DNA of 64,000 nt from Takakia lepidozioides (taxonomy: Eukaryota; Plantae; Bryophyta), in NCBI GenBank assembly GCA_030704615.1, contig CM060731.1, positions 9,424,001 through 9,488,000 on the forward strand, written 5' to 3'. The position numbers and the translations under genes are program-made. The notes beneath the pieces were generated by a model, which was not told the DNA's origin, did no database searches, and saw only the letters and a list, made by a program, of their open reading frames with translations. Of this stretch, positions 36,501-49,311 are shown piece after piece. Numbering within the stretch: the stretch's first letter is position 1; the number at the start of each line of letters is the position of its first letter.

Positions 36501-38355
36501 GAAGAGCAAACTATCATTAATATAAACTACTGGAAATGCAATCCAATCCATGAAACATCATTATGCCACTTCAGTCCTCCTTGACAATGTCTTAAGATAG
36601 CCTCACCTTATCAAACCTGTTGTCCCACCACTGTGACGGATCCGAGAAGAATTCCTCCCATAGTCCTTCCTTGCTCTTTGATTGACCTGAGCGCAAGCAC
36701 TCAACGACCATAAGAACTTGTTTCCGATTGCCTCAGTCTCTATTGAGATTACAGATAAATCTTAGCTTCTCCTCATTCACCTGGATCTTATTGAGCATAG
36801 AGATCTTTAGCAGCTCCTACTTCATGTGGATCTCAACACTCACTCTCTCAATGAGAATGGCAGTGCAATCACAGCCACATGTGTCAAATGTGGGCTGAAG
36901 CAGCACTGTCGAAATTAGCATAGTCTTCACTTGTATAATCCTATACCGACCCTTTAAATACACAATGTGACTTCTTTTGAGGTTTGCTGTGGCCAATGGT
37001 GTTCCACAGCTTAGTTTCCATACCTGTTGACCCCTGTGCCCTTGGCCCCGGGATATTGCTCAGTTACTACTTCATATCTGCAAATTCTAATATTTTTATC
37101 TTCTTGCCATCGATCATATACGTGAGACAGTACATCCGCATGTGACTGAAATGCAAACTTCATAATGTTGTTGCCATTGGACACATACTTCTTGGTTGAT
37201 CAAAATTCAAATCTCGGTTCTCTTGCTTTTTTCTCCGGAGAGAGAATGTACTCATAAGACATTGTTTGCCGTGGCCTTGAGGCCATTGACCCCGCGCCCA
37301 GTTTGAGCGGAACACAAAGGGACAGAAACTACCTTTGTCAGGAACTGACCCGGACTATGACTTACTTGAAACAGACAATTGATCCAAGTTTTCCAGATAT
37401 CCTCTAGAAATCCCTTCACACAAGCATCAATCTGCTGCATGTGATTTGCTCAATAACTAGACCCCAAAAGGGCTTGGACTTTTGGCTCAGCCTCAAGATT
37501 TTCAAAGTTGGTACACAGAGGTACAGGAACAATTCCCTTGATGGATTTGAAGAGGGTGTCTCTCTGGTGAGAATACCCAGGACAATGAATCAGAAAGTGG
37601 AGCTTGTCTTCAGGTTGCCCACACAACGGGCATTTGCCCCCTTTTCCTCTCTGCGTCTTGTTGCAGTTCAAAGCTAGGATTCCCGCCCTGAGTTTAAATT
37701 ACAGTCTAGTGCCGAGAGTGGGTAAAACCCTTGAGGTCATCCATGATGGCCTCACCCATGTCACAGACTGGAAACAAGTTCAGGGGAATTGACAATTTCC
37801 AATTTCAGGATGTAGTGTCCAAAGCCATGTCTGTTGCCAGGAAATTACCTGAGTGAGAGAGTGAGAGAGAGAGAGAGAGAGACTCTCATTCTACACAAAG
37901 TCCAATCCCAAGCAAAAATTGCCCGTCACACTAAAGGGGTGATCGAAGGACGGAGAGAGATAGTCCCAGTTAAAGAGAAAGGGTATGCACTCCTGCGCAA
38001 TTTCTGCTGGGGGATATGGACACCACAATGCCCAGCTCCCTCCGACCCAGACAATTTAGAGAATCATAAAGGTGGGCAAGATTCATTTGTCTATACCTCT
38101 CTTCATTACCCCTGGAGGCGGGGGAGGTGCAGCAGCTATCACTCGCAAGGATCTGGAGGTTGGCATTGCCGAGCTGGACACCCACTTCAAGTCCACAACC
38201 TGGCCCGTCAATCTGCTGTATGATGTGAGACTTGCAGCCTGTTCACCGCAAGGAGAGGACAAAACCTTCGGTATGATCTCTTGCTGCGCGCTCACGAGAG
38301 CTGCATCAGGCGAAGCCATCCCTCCGTAAGAAACCCGAGATGAAGCTGACAACAT
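33508..38355 (-). CDS. PLS-E1-E2-DYW PPR RNA-editing factor with N-terminal OSB-type PDF motif and probable transit peptide
   Basis: Exons 38355 (or 38319)-38097 (tentative), 36686-36607, 36331-36150, 36025-33508; all junctions are GT-AG and phase-compatible. 17 PLS repeats, E1/E2, PG box PGYSCIEV, HSEKLA..CGDCH, terminal DYW. Confidence 0.9.
37250..37700 (-). mobile_element. 3' fragment of a non-LTR retrotransposon (CPLC..H..C finger) in the putative first intron of the PPR gene
   Basis: KCPLCGQPEDKLHFLIHCPGY; same family as 50790-51090. Confidence 0.65.
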
Positions 38356-41300
38356 CAAAGGGTGTTTTAGCTTTTTTCCCTCGAGACTGAAAATTCCAAA
38401 GAAAATTTCATCCAGCCTGGCCTCTGTCTACTTTAAGAACTTTTATCTGATTTATCCAAACCGTTGATGGTTGTGGAGAAGAATCCAAGATCTAGGTTTT
38501 CCATCATCGCCTGCTTTTGAGGAAAGAAGCCTTTACTCGTTTCTGTCGCCGCTGTAGCAAGAGAGGAGGGAAAGCATGCTGAGACTGCATAAGTAGTCGT
38601 GTGAGCTATGCAGATGAATGACTCGTTCTAATGTGGGGGCGGTGGGATGCTTGCCCAGCGGCATGGGGATTGTAGCCAACTGCAGGGAGGCCTTTGTGCG
38701 TGAGCTCTTTGATGAAATCATCTTGGGGTGAATGCAACACCTAATGGTGTTGCCCACTATTTGACCGCTTTTAAGTAGTAGTCTTTCTGCCCCAATGTCT
38801 GGAAGCTCACATTGGGGCAGAAAAAGTGTTTGAGTGTGTAGGGGATGCGTCGATACAGAATGCACATTCAGCATAGCAATTCTTGATGGTAACGTGAAAG
38901 AGGGTGAGAGCAGTCTTTAGGTTGTAGCCAGAGGGTATGATGTGCGGTGATGATTATGCAAATATTTCTGACACCTCTTGTATGAGAGCAGGGCCTGCTC
39001 GCTGAACGGGGATGCGTCTTTCTGAGCACAGTCTTGTGTAGAAAATAGTGAGTGTCAGTCTAAGTTGCAGTGAGTGAAAGGGTGTAAAAAGTTCCGAGAG
39101 AACTTGATAATGAGTCTAGTATGTGGCTTATAGCTACATTGAACTTCAGTACCGGAAGTGCAAGTCCACTCTGTCGGAGCTGTCCTTACCGGCTCCAGGC
39201 AATTTTTTTACTTGCAAGAATGAAGTCCAGAACATACACTCACCCACTCTGACATCTGATGATGTGGGCCTTTTCATTTTGGATACATTGTGCCTGGTCA
39301 TTGCACTTTGGTTTCTCTTTCCTTGCACTATTATTGTATATGACACCACACAGGAAATTTCCAGGCATGGAATTTTATGTGGCTGTTTAACCAGCTTCCC
39401 TCCCAAATTCTTAAAGTCATTTTGTTTCCTCTGCACAACAACTACTAGCACTCGCGGTTGACTTGCTCGGCATAGTGGACTTTTGGGGAGAAGAAATGCC
39501 TACTTCAATCTCTTACTCCACTCACTTCTCCAGGGCAGATTTGCTAAGCACAACTTGTGCTTGTCCTGAAGGATCTTAGAATGGAGCATTCACCACTCCC
39601 TCCAGCACTGGCAGAGTCAGCTATAGGCAGCCTAGTATGAGTGGGCTATTTACAAAGGAGTATCTTTAGAGGGTTACACCCACCCTTCGCTGCAGAGCTT
39701 GTGTGTGTGACCTCCCCACTGATTGCCACATGTGTGTGTTGACTCTGGTTTCATCTCCCCACTTGGCACGCACATAGCACCATCTTTAAGGTGCCCCTGT
39801 TTGAAGAGATTGGTGATTTAGCCGAGGCAAATGGGAAGAAGTGAGCGGGCCTTCTGTTATGGCTGCCACCAGGAACTCCTGTTTGCAGGCATCTCTTTCA
39901 CAAGCTGTCATCTCTTCCTTTCATCATGTCTTTTCTGAGCATGATGCTCATCAACCTGTTCTTTTGTTTTTATGACAGTTGGCAAGGTATAGGTGTCCAT
40001 GCTGCAGGTATGCAGATCTTTAGCTGTGACCTTTACATTGATGAGAGCCTCTATAATTGTCCTGGTTGTAGCTGGTTATCAGCAGCTTAATCTCTCTCTA
40101 GTTCCTGATATGGTGTAGAAATTTTGATTCTGGGATTTCTGCATCTGTATCCCCTGCCTAGGCAATACATTGGTGCTGACTGCTGGCAGGGATGATGCTA
40201 GAATTAGAAATTGGGTTTGTTGCTCACAGGCTTGTTCTATATTCAGAGCTTTGCACTTTCAGAAAAGCTGAGAACTCGAAGGAGACGTGTTTTGTTTCAA
40301 GCTGGTAAAAAATTGTTGTCTGTGAGGTAAGGTAGTAGGGAAGCCTCTTATGCAGTTGCAAGCTTAAAGGTCTTCAAAATTGGCATTCAGCAAACAGGTT
40401 CCCATGAAAAATGTCCGCTTGGTTGACCTGATTGGAGACACTAAAGTCAAGAGTGTTCATTAGTTTATTGTGCAATTTGGACTCGCTTGAACTCCCATGA
40501 AGAGGGGGTTTGTCTTATCGTGGTGTCATGATACAGCAATATCCATAGGGAGAGTTACCAAAAACCTCCTCAGCAAAAGACTAAGAAAAACGACTACTGA
40601 TTTCTTAAGAGAGAAAATATGTAATTGTTGGTACAAAAGCACACTGAGTTCTTCAAGGCGGTGTGGCCCAAGAGTTCATATGAGAGGGATGTGTGACAAA
40701 AGAGGGTTCACTACAAAATGCCATGCCTGGTATGGCTTTTGTTGTTGACTTTGTAAGTGTAGGTTTTGTGGACAGTTAAACGTTCTTCTCCCCCAGTAAT
40801 TCGTCTTTCCGCTCAGCAGATATACACTGGTACTAGTTGGTGTGGATCATCAGCATGCAGATTCACCATGAATTTGATGCAGTTCGTGGCTGACAGGTTT
40901 GCACACGGCAATGTATCATAAGTTGTTCGCATATTTCCACCGTCCTCCTGCTACCTTGTCCCCGATGCCCCTCATTCATTCAATAACTACTTAGGTGTCC
41001 TTGGATCTCAGGTCTGCATTCAAAAAGAGAGAAGCAGAAGGCAGAGGATGGGTAACAGGGTATCACCGTAAGCCAAGGGTTTTGGAGGGGCCCAGCAGTG
41101 TTGGATTCCTTGGTTGGTAGCAGATTGAGATTCCAAAATCCATGGCTGTGTTTACATTGCGGATGTGTGAAAGGAATATGTGACGATGCGATCGATGACC
41201 ACACTCTCAGAGTCGTTGCAGCTAAGCTTCCATTGTAAGCACAATAGCTACACCGGGCACAGGCAGATTGTTGCGTGCGCAGCCTGCGTCGTCTCGTGGA

Positions 41301-41537
41301 TTGGCCACAATCTGCTTTGTTATTCAGGCCATAGGACTGCAGCTGTTGTAGATACATAGTGAAAGGTTCCCTTTTCGCATTGTTGTGGCCGACTGGCGGC
41401 ACTTTGTTTTCACTTGTCGTACCTCTTTTGCTTTCCACACCCAAGATTAGGCAAGCCAAAGCTGCATAACCTCCTGTTCGAGCTTGAGGAGGAGGTGAAC
41501 ACACGGATTTGACAGGATTATTCGCAGTGCAAAGAAA

Positions 41538-44026
41538 ATGTATCTGGTGCAGGATAAAGGAGGGGCAATTGCGCTGATGCTAGCTGCGCTCTGCTTTTTG
41601 GGCACATGGCCTGCCCTTATGAATCTGGTGGAACGGAGGGGACGAAATCTTGTCCACACCTATTTAGACTACTCCATTACCAACTACCTTGCGGCTATCC
41701 TGTTTGCCTTTACACTGGGCCAGATCGGACGCGGCACCCCAGAGTCTCCCAATTTTGTGACCCAACTGCGGCAGGTGATCAAACAGGGACTTTTCTCAGA
41801 ATACATACTGGAATCGTAAACACATTGGCAGTATCACGAAATGAAATGGATCCGTGGTATGAATGGATATTGGTGGGAGTTTGTGCACGCCTTGACATTC
41901 CAACTTCGATTTTCGTAGATGACTCCACAAGATGCACTTCGTCTGGCACAGTATTTCATGTGGCTGCTTAGCCAGCTTCCATTCCATATCTTTCTTCGCC
42001 TTCCCCCATGCAACAGCTACTAGCGCTCATGGTAGACTATTTTTGAAGTAAGTGAAAAGGAGAATTGTCTTACAGATGTGGGTGGGGCCATTTCTGAATG
42101 ACTCGGTGGTTCTGCTGCAGGAGAATTGGCCGTCCGTAGGATTTGCGCTTGCGGGGGGCCTGGTACTGTCCGTCGGGAACTTAGCGACACAGTATGCCTG
42201 GCCATTCGTCGGTCTCTCCATCACTGAGGTGGTCTCTTCAAGTATCACTGTGGTTGCGGGTATGTCTTCTATGAAATTGTCGATGTAGTATCCGCTTTGT
42301 CTTCTCTGTCTGACAATTCTCTTTACATGCAACACATGCATGGGGGTTTCGAGCTGAAGCAGTACGGTGGTGCAGGAACAACCATGAACTATTTTCTGGA
42401 CAATCGAATAAATCGTGCACAAGTTCTGTTTCCAGGAGTGGCGTGCTTCTTGATTGCTGTAGGCTTAGGCTCTGCGCTCCATTCGTCCAATTCTGCCGAC
42501 AACCTTGCGAAGCTCGAGTCCCACAAAAAGTGCGTGCTACATAGTAACAAGGACGGCATCTAGAGGTAGGAAGACAGACCATACTAGCCCACTGCCAGAC
42601 CGACCAAGCATTTGTTATAGCAAGGAGTACACTGTCAATGGGAGCGTGGTGTGCCTGCTTTTGGCTCGTAGTCCGATATTGCCCTGACACATGCCGGGAG
42701 TCTTCTTAATGTTAGGGCTGGTTATTCTCTATTTGGGTGGGGCATCGTAGGAACGACGCCACGAAGCAGCACAGCCTGGACCCAGAAAGCATGAAAACTA
42801 CTCGAGGTAAACTTTTCTACTCGCAGCATTTCCCTCAGATTGTATGAAGTTGCAGAAAACAGATAAACACTCTGGGTGGAAAGGCAGGTCTGGCTAGCCT
42901 CTTGTGATGAATTATTTTCTTATTTAGTCGCAATGAGACAAAAGAGCTCATGTAAGGAATGGGAGGTCCATCTTGTGCAACTCTGCTCTTCGTTCTTTGT
43001 GTTACTTACTATTCAATGAGGGAGTATGTGCAGATAAAGGAAGTGTTGACAAGATTGCAGCTGAACCTGCAATCAATGATGAAGCAAGGGCGGGAAGTGG
43101 ACAGTTTTTGCAGCAGCTAGAAGATCGAAGAGCTGTCAAGGTGAGATTGTCCTTTGATTGTCCTTTGTGGGCTTCTAGTGCCTTGCTCTTAGAGGGCACC
43201 CAGGGAACTAAGGTGAGACATAAATGTTTATGCAGGTGACCGGGGCAAGCGTAGGGTTTGGGTTGGCCATCGTGCTGTTTGCAGGAATATGTTTTTCGCT
43301 CTTCTCCCCTGCCTTCAATCTGGCCACTAATGATCAGTGGCACCGACTGGAGTCTGGGGTGCCACACTTGGTGGTATACACTGCTTTCTTCTACTTCTCA
43401 ACATCAGCCTTCATCTTTGCAGTGGGTCTGAATGTACTCTTCCTGTATCATCCCATTTTGGGATTGCCCAAATCTTCTTTCAAGGCATATGCATCAGATT
43501 GGAGAGGTCGTCAATGGGCTCTATTGGCAGGCATGCTATGTGGGCTAGGCAATGGTTTTCAGTTCATGGGTGGTCAGGCTGCAGGCTATGCTGCTGCAGA
43601 TGCTGTTCAGGTTTCTGCCAAATCTCTCAGTTTTCTGCCTTTAGTTCGTTCTTACATCCGTGAGATTTATGCTATATGAAGGTGTGAGGATAGTGTTGTT
43701 GGTGGAATAAGTTTGGACTTAGATGAACATGTACATGGAGATGCATGCAAACTATGCAAGAAAACATATTGCTTGAGAGTGACAAAGTTGGTGGCATGCT
43801 TTGGTACTGCTACAAGTTCATGGCATGAACCAATTCTGGACAATGTGGTTGTGTGGTTGGGTGTCAGGCATTGCCATTGGTGAGCACATTCTGGGGTGTG
43901 GTGCTTTTTAAGGAATATTACAGGTCATCGCGCAAGACATATATGCTGCTTGCTGCTATGCTTCTAATGTTTTCCATAGCAGTTGGCATTCTAGCAGGCT
44001 CATCGGGGCACCGAAAGTCATCTTGA
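41538..44026 (+). CDS. UPS: Ureide permease, 408 aa
   Basis: Exons 41538-41774, 42121-42259, 42376-42529, 42751-42806, 43034-43140, 43236-43610, 43868-44026 join in frame (1227 nt). LGTWPA..ERRGR..HTYLDY, GNLATQYAW, FSPAFNLATNDQW, GGQAAGYAAADAVQALP. Confidence 0.95.
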
Positions 44027-44689
44027 CCTGAGACTTCAGTGCAAATCAATCTTCTCTCTACTCTTATGTTGTCTGCATTGCAATAAAGCTATGGCAAATC
44101 CGGTGCCGGTCAATGTGATTGGAATGTCCAGTCAATTGAACTGCATACAAACACTGGTAGTGCAGTGGATCACGGATATTTCTTACATCGGTGAAGCCAT
44201 TCAGCTGTATGCAACATGCTTTTGAACAGAAACCTGGGCGATTGAGTGGCGCGATTATGTTTAAGGTTCACAACTAAGTTACATGAATTTTCTTCTTAAC
44301 TTTCCATAGGGGATGTATTGCAGACCTATTGAAATTGAAAGCTGAACCCTCCCACTATTGGATATCCTTTTAACCTCAGTTATCACCTGTTCATTGTTTG
44401 ATATTGTTACTGTCTAACCAAATTTAGAAAAAGAAAGCTGCTTCTCTATTAAATGCTAGTGACCACTGAAGGTTGGAAGCCAGTTTAGCATAGAGCAAAA
44501 ATAGAATGCCATAGTGCCATGTCATCTTTTCCACGTCATCGTCTCATGTCACCGTCGCCACGTCATCGTCATCATGTCATCACCGTCATTTTTTTTGGTA
44601 TCTGAGAACCACCAACTAAGTCAAAGGACCACTACACAACCAATTAATGCAAACAGCAACATGGAAGGAATGAACAAGGCCAGAAATGC

Positions 44690-45133
44690 CAGATTTATGA
44701 TGGCCCATACATTCCTAGACTAGAAATGGCCTGTTTCATCCAAAACGGTGATACACATCCATAGTATATTTTTTTTGGCGTATAATGCTGTTAAACCATT
44801 ACAATGATATCTAGGTTAGGGTTAGTTTTGGCTAGTGGTCACATCCTAGCCCTTCATCTGATCTAGGGTGATTAAACGGCGTTGTGGGTTTTGGCTTGTA
44901 ACACCTCGCCGCGCGGTGAGCAACTGAAGCTAGGTCTTTTGTATAAAGACGGCCCTGACATAAGGTCAGGGCGGTGTGAAGTGAGTGTACAAGCTCTGGA
45001 TGAGAGCTGCTTTGTGTCAGATCCGTGTGTTTGATTCTCCTCTCGCCCGTTGCCTGCTCTTTCCGCTCGTTCTTTTGTTGTGAAACCTTGTTTCTTGAGA
45101 GGAAAGGAGTATATGCTTCAGGCTTGTTTTAAG
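44690..45133 (+). repeat. ~450-bp dispersed repeat; inverted copy at 59883-60350
   Basis: Continuous reverse-complement similarity, e.g. gatgagagctgctttgtgtcagatccgtgtg and ctagactagaaatggcc. Confidence 0.85.
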
Positions 45134-46229
45134 GTGGAAAGAAGGAGTACCATAGGCGTTGGTGGATCTTGCCCGCGCTGTCAGGGTCAGTTACGTTTTT
45201 TTCGCGGGATCTGCTCTACATCCTACTGTCTAAGTGCTTCACTAACGCGTGTTATCAATGGCGGCTCCTCGCCTTGCCATATTGTCTCATGTTGTTACGA
45301 TATTGCCGTCTCACGCTGTGCGTTGGGAAGTGATTGTAGGGGATGGTTGTCGTTCGTGACTTGTCTTGTGTAGCTCGCAGAGAGGGGGAGAGCCTATTTC
45401 TTATATTAGTGTGGCGCTTACTGTTGAAACTAATCCTAGTGTGGAGACTAACTCTGCTGTCACTTCCCATTCTACTGGTGTTGTTATTGTTGCTCCTCCC
45501 GTTGTTGAAACCAACCCTGTCGTTTCTCATCCTGCTGACGTTCTTGCTGATACTAACACGACTAACGGCGCGCGGCCCGGCAGTGTTGCCTTGCCAGCGT
45601 CGCTACTTCCTGAACCTATTGCTTGCATTCCAGCCCTGTTGTTTCGTTGGGTTCCTGGGGGTGCACTCTTCGTAAAAAAAACCATATCACGTGCGTGCAT
45701 CAACCAATAAACAATACCCTTGTATATAGTTTAATTCATGAATTTATCATATATATACATATTTTTAAGACTTTATTAAAACCCCTAAAGTATTTATATA
45801 AAATAAACAATTAATGAATACCCTGTTGTATGTATTCATGTGTTTATTGAGAATATAAAAATCCTTTATTTATGTATAATTTTTAATACAAAATTATGGA
45901 CAAACTAAAGATTGATTCTAAAAAAGATCAAAATAACTTGTAACCAATAAAAATTAGTATAAAATTTATTTTCCATTTATAAAATTGTTAAAAACATGCT
46001 AACATTTCCTGTGTCGTCACCATTCCCAGTTGTCGTAGCGCCGTCCCCCTCTTCAACATCGTCCATGATGTGCAAGAATCACAATTAAGTAATAAAGATG
46101 GTGGAAGAAGCTGCAAACTGCAAATGAGTGAAGTGGTAGGGCGATGCTCCATTCTTAACATGCTCCCCTTCCCGCCATGGTGATAGAGCCACACAAATGG
46201 ACTCCCTTCCCGCCATGTACACCATGGCG

Positions 46230-46492
46230 ACCTCCAGATCGGATGTTCATGACATGACCTATGAGATTACTATTGGCGATTTTCCTAATTACACTTGTCC
46301 GGACTTTCAGAACACGCTCTCTCAAGCTCTCTTGGTAAGAGAGGCAAATTTGTCCCGTGCAAGCAGCTTTACTACATCTACATTCAAATGATGTTTTGCG
46401 ATCCTAAACGAGACACGTACATTCACCAATGTACGTTAGGACCCAGTGACGTTCATACACTACTGCAGCGAGATAGTTCGGGTTCAATTTGA
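46230..46492 (+). mobile_element. C-terminal SWIM remnant of the same MULE transposase family as 13950-17464
   Basis: YEITIGDFPNYTCPDF..KFVPCKQLYYIY..IHQCTL..LLQRD parallels 17183-17464. Confidence 0.75.
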
Positions 46493-46544
46493 GATGTAGT
46501 CGGGATTTGCATTGCAACACCTCTGTGCACTCTACTGAGTTACT

Positions 46545-46895
46545 TTACGGTAGAAAAGCTCGCACTCCTTTGTATAACATCCGTTGCTCACTCCCATTGC
46601 AGAGCCCACTGATTGGTAGTAATTTGTGAATGCTATGTTTTCCAAAAAGCTTGTCTTTGAAAATAAGGCCAGGACTAACATTGCTCGGGCTCAGGTTGTG
46701 CAGGCTCGTAACTACAACATGAAAGTTCACTACTCGGAGGAATTCTTTGTGGGCCAAACTGTGTATATCCGTCTGCAACTTTGGGAAAAAATTTCCAAAG
46801 CTTCGAAGCGCATTGAGGGCCCTTATCTCATCACTGAAAAGCTTCATGGGAGAAAATTCCTATTGCTTCCCCACATCATTCCACGCCACCCATAA
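46545..46895 (+). mobile_element. Ty3/gypsy integrase C-terminal (GPY/F) remnant
   Basis: ARTNIARAQVVQARNYN..FFVGQTVY..IEGPYLI. Confidence 0.6.
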
Positions 46896-49311
46896 CTCAT
46901 CATATGTATGTGGACTCCCTGGCTCACAGCCGAATTGGTCTTCGATCTTACCTGCATAAATGTGAAAAGCAGGACGACTGGCTGATCCTTGTGTGTGATT
47001 GAGTGCATGGATTAAGGTTGGAGGGTATTTGCAGGATTGGGTGTCTCAGTTTTTGCGTAACATGGCAGTTTCTGCAGTGACCTCCCTACATGGTTTTACC
47101 CATATTTATTCAACAACTAAATATTTCATTTAAATTTATATGGTGTAGGGTTTCTAACTACAATAGGCATGTGTACCAATTGTTAGATTGCAAAAACAAT
47201 CATGTACCAGAGAGCCATGGACTTTTAAAGTTGATTACTGTGGACTGCAGATGTTACATATAAATCTTATGGACTGAAAAAACATCATGTACACTCAGAC
47301 AATGACACAAATGAAAACACACTACGGGTGCCATTTTTAAATCCAACCCAAATCCACTTTTATATGGACTAATTAACTTAGGAATTGAGAGCTATGGACT
47401 ATTTTGCACCTAAAAATAGGTTGATTTTCTCTAGTCCATAACATCTTATGTTTTGGGTTTTTGAGGTGTCATATTTTACTAAAAATGCATACAAACCTAT
47501 AATCTAGAGGTGCTAGGTGGTATATGGACAAATGGTTGTAAACTCTAGATTTTGATGTCTAAATGTTTTTTTCAAATTAAAGATTAAGATATATAATAAA
47601 GAATGTTTACAATCTTTGAGGAGGGACTCTTTACTAAAAATGTTATATATACTACTATCTATTTTTTTTTAAATAAACTGAAAGTAATAGATTTTAAAAA
47701 AAAAATCCATGGACTTCCAATGGACTCAACATGTGCCACTTTTGATCCACCCAATCCTGCAACTGCCCTGGAGTGTTGCACCTTGTGTGTTTTCTGGAGG
47801 TCCAAGCTGTGGCCTCTCTTGTGCGCTTTCTGATGGTTCAAGCAGTGGCCATCTCTGGTGTTGTGTGGTGTGCAAATAACGGTCTGCTTCAGACCAGCGA
47901 CATCTGGTGTTAGAGGAGGTGGAAAACCTTAGCACAGACTTTAGCTTCGTGTTAGTTTTTGCATCGTTGTTGTAACGTGATTGGGGTTTTTTCCCAGCGA
48001 GTTTTGCACTTAGCCCGTAGGTGCAAGATTTTCTCGCTGAGGGTCGTTTCATCCCTCTCGTGCAGGATGCTAGTAACTCTTTCCCAGCATACTCCCATCT
48101 AGCACAGTCTTGGTCACCAGACTCATAGTCAGATTGCAGCCTAGAGTGTCTATAATGCGACACGATCACGAGTACATGAGATGTCCTTAAACTGGCGCGA
48201 GTTTTGGAAAATAAGATTTTGGACCGTCGGATGAAGTCGATCCAGATCGTCCGCCAAAAGTACCGTGTCAAAAAAATATGGGCGGGCTTTTCAAAAATAA
48301 AAATAAATCAAATCAAATTAAACTAAACTAAAAATAACGAAATTCTCAAATCTAATTCATCGATGCCCTCAGGGAAATGCGTGTTTTTTGCGAAGGCAGT
48401 TCTTGTAAATCTATCATATAGTAAAGTTTAATATTAAAAAAACTAATTTCTATGCTCTTCAAAAGTCCCTATGGATTACATATTTTAGTGTAAGATAAGG
48501 CATTCTAGATTCCTCAAAATGGGGGTGATCATAATGCGAGTCCTTTTTTATAGTGGCATTGAAAATTGACCAAGAACAAAGTACATAATCATCAGATTAT
48601 GGAATATGACATTTTACTAAGGACTTTTTAATCCTTAACTTTCAATATACTTAGTATTTTGAAATGAAACTTGAAAGAGTCGGTGAAGCCTCTAGTGCAT
48701 ATTATCCTTTAGAGTCCTTTATTCAAATATTCCATCCAATTAAAGAGTGTGAATGTATGCCATCAGTCTATGTGTAGGAAAAATTGTGTTGTGACAGCCA
48801 GAAATGGACACTGTAGGCTGCAACGACCTTGTGAGGTCTTGTAATCTACATGTCCAATAAGAGTGCTGCATCTGGATCTCCAGATTAGCCTCTCCGGATT
48901 ATTTAAATGAAGAGATCATGGGGCTTAGGCAGGATGTTTTCGATGTTCAACATGGTGGATGTCTGAAGTACGCTGGATGAAACAGTTTTGATGCTCTGCC
49001 GCTGTACATTGATTGGCTTAGCTTGTGTGTGTGCTCTGCAGTAGATCCTCCTTTGTCTTAGCAAGGTTCTACAGCTTACATTTCCCACTGCATGACTTAA
49101 CCCGCAGAGGATAAGAGCATATCCCTCAGTCCGGACTTTAAGCTTTGCAAGTTTCCGTACGTATGGACAGCACCATCTGTCCATCGGTGAATATTCTCAT
49201 GTATATATTGTATATATACATTCCCGATTCTTTCGTGCGGTCCGAAGTTTGGCCGGCACGCACACGAGAGTGGAGCTTGGCAGAGTGCGGTGAGACGATT
49301 TGACCGACGCC

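Noticed and set aside
38400-41500. ORFs of 80-170 aa between the PPR and UPS genes
   Set aside because: No domain similarity or consistent exon chain; likely promoter/UTR-intron and decayed sequence.
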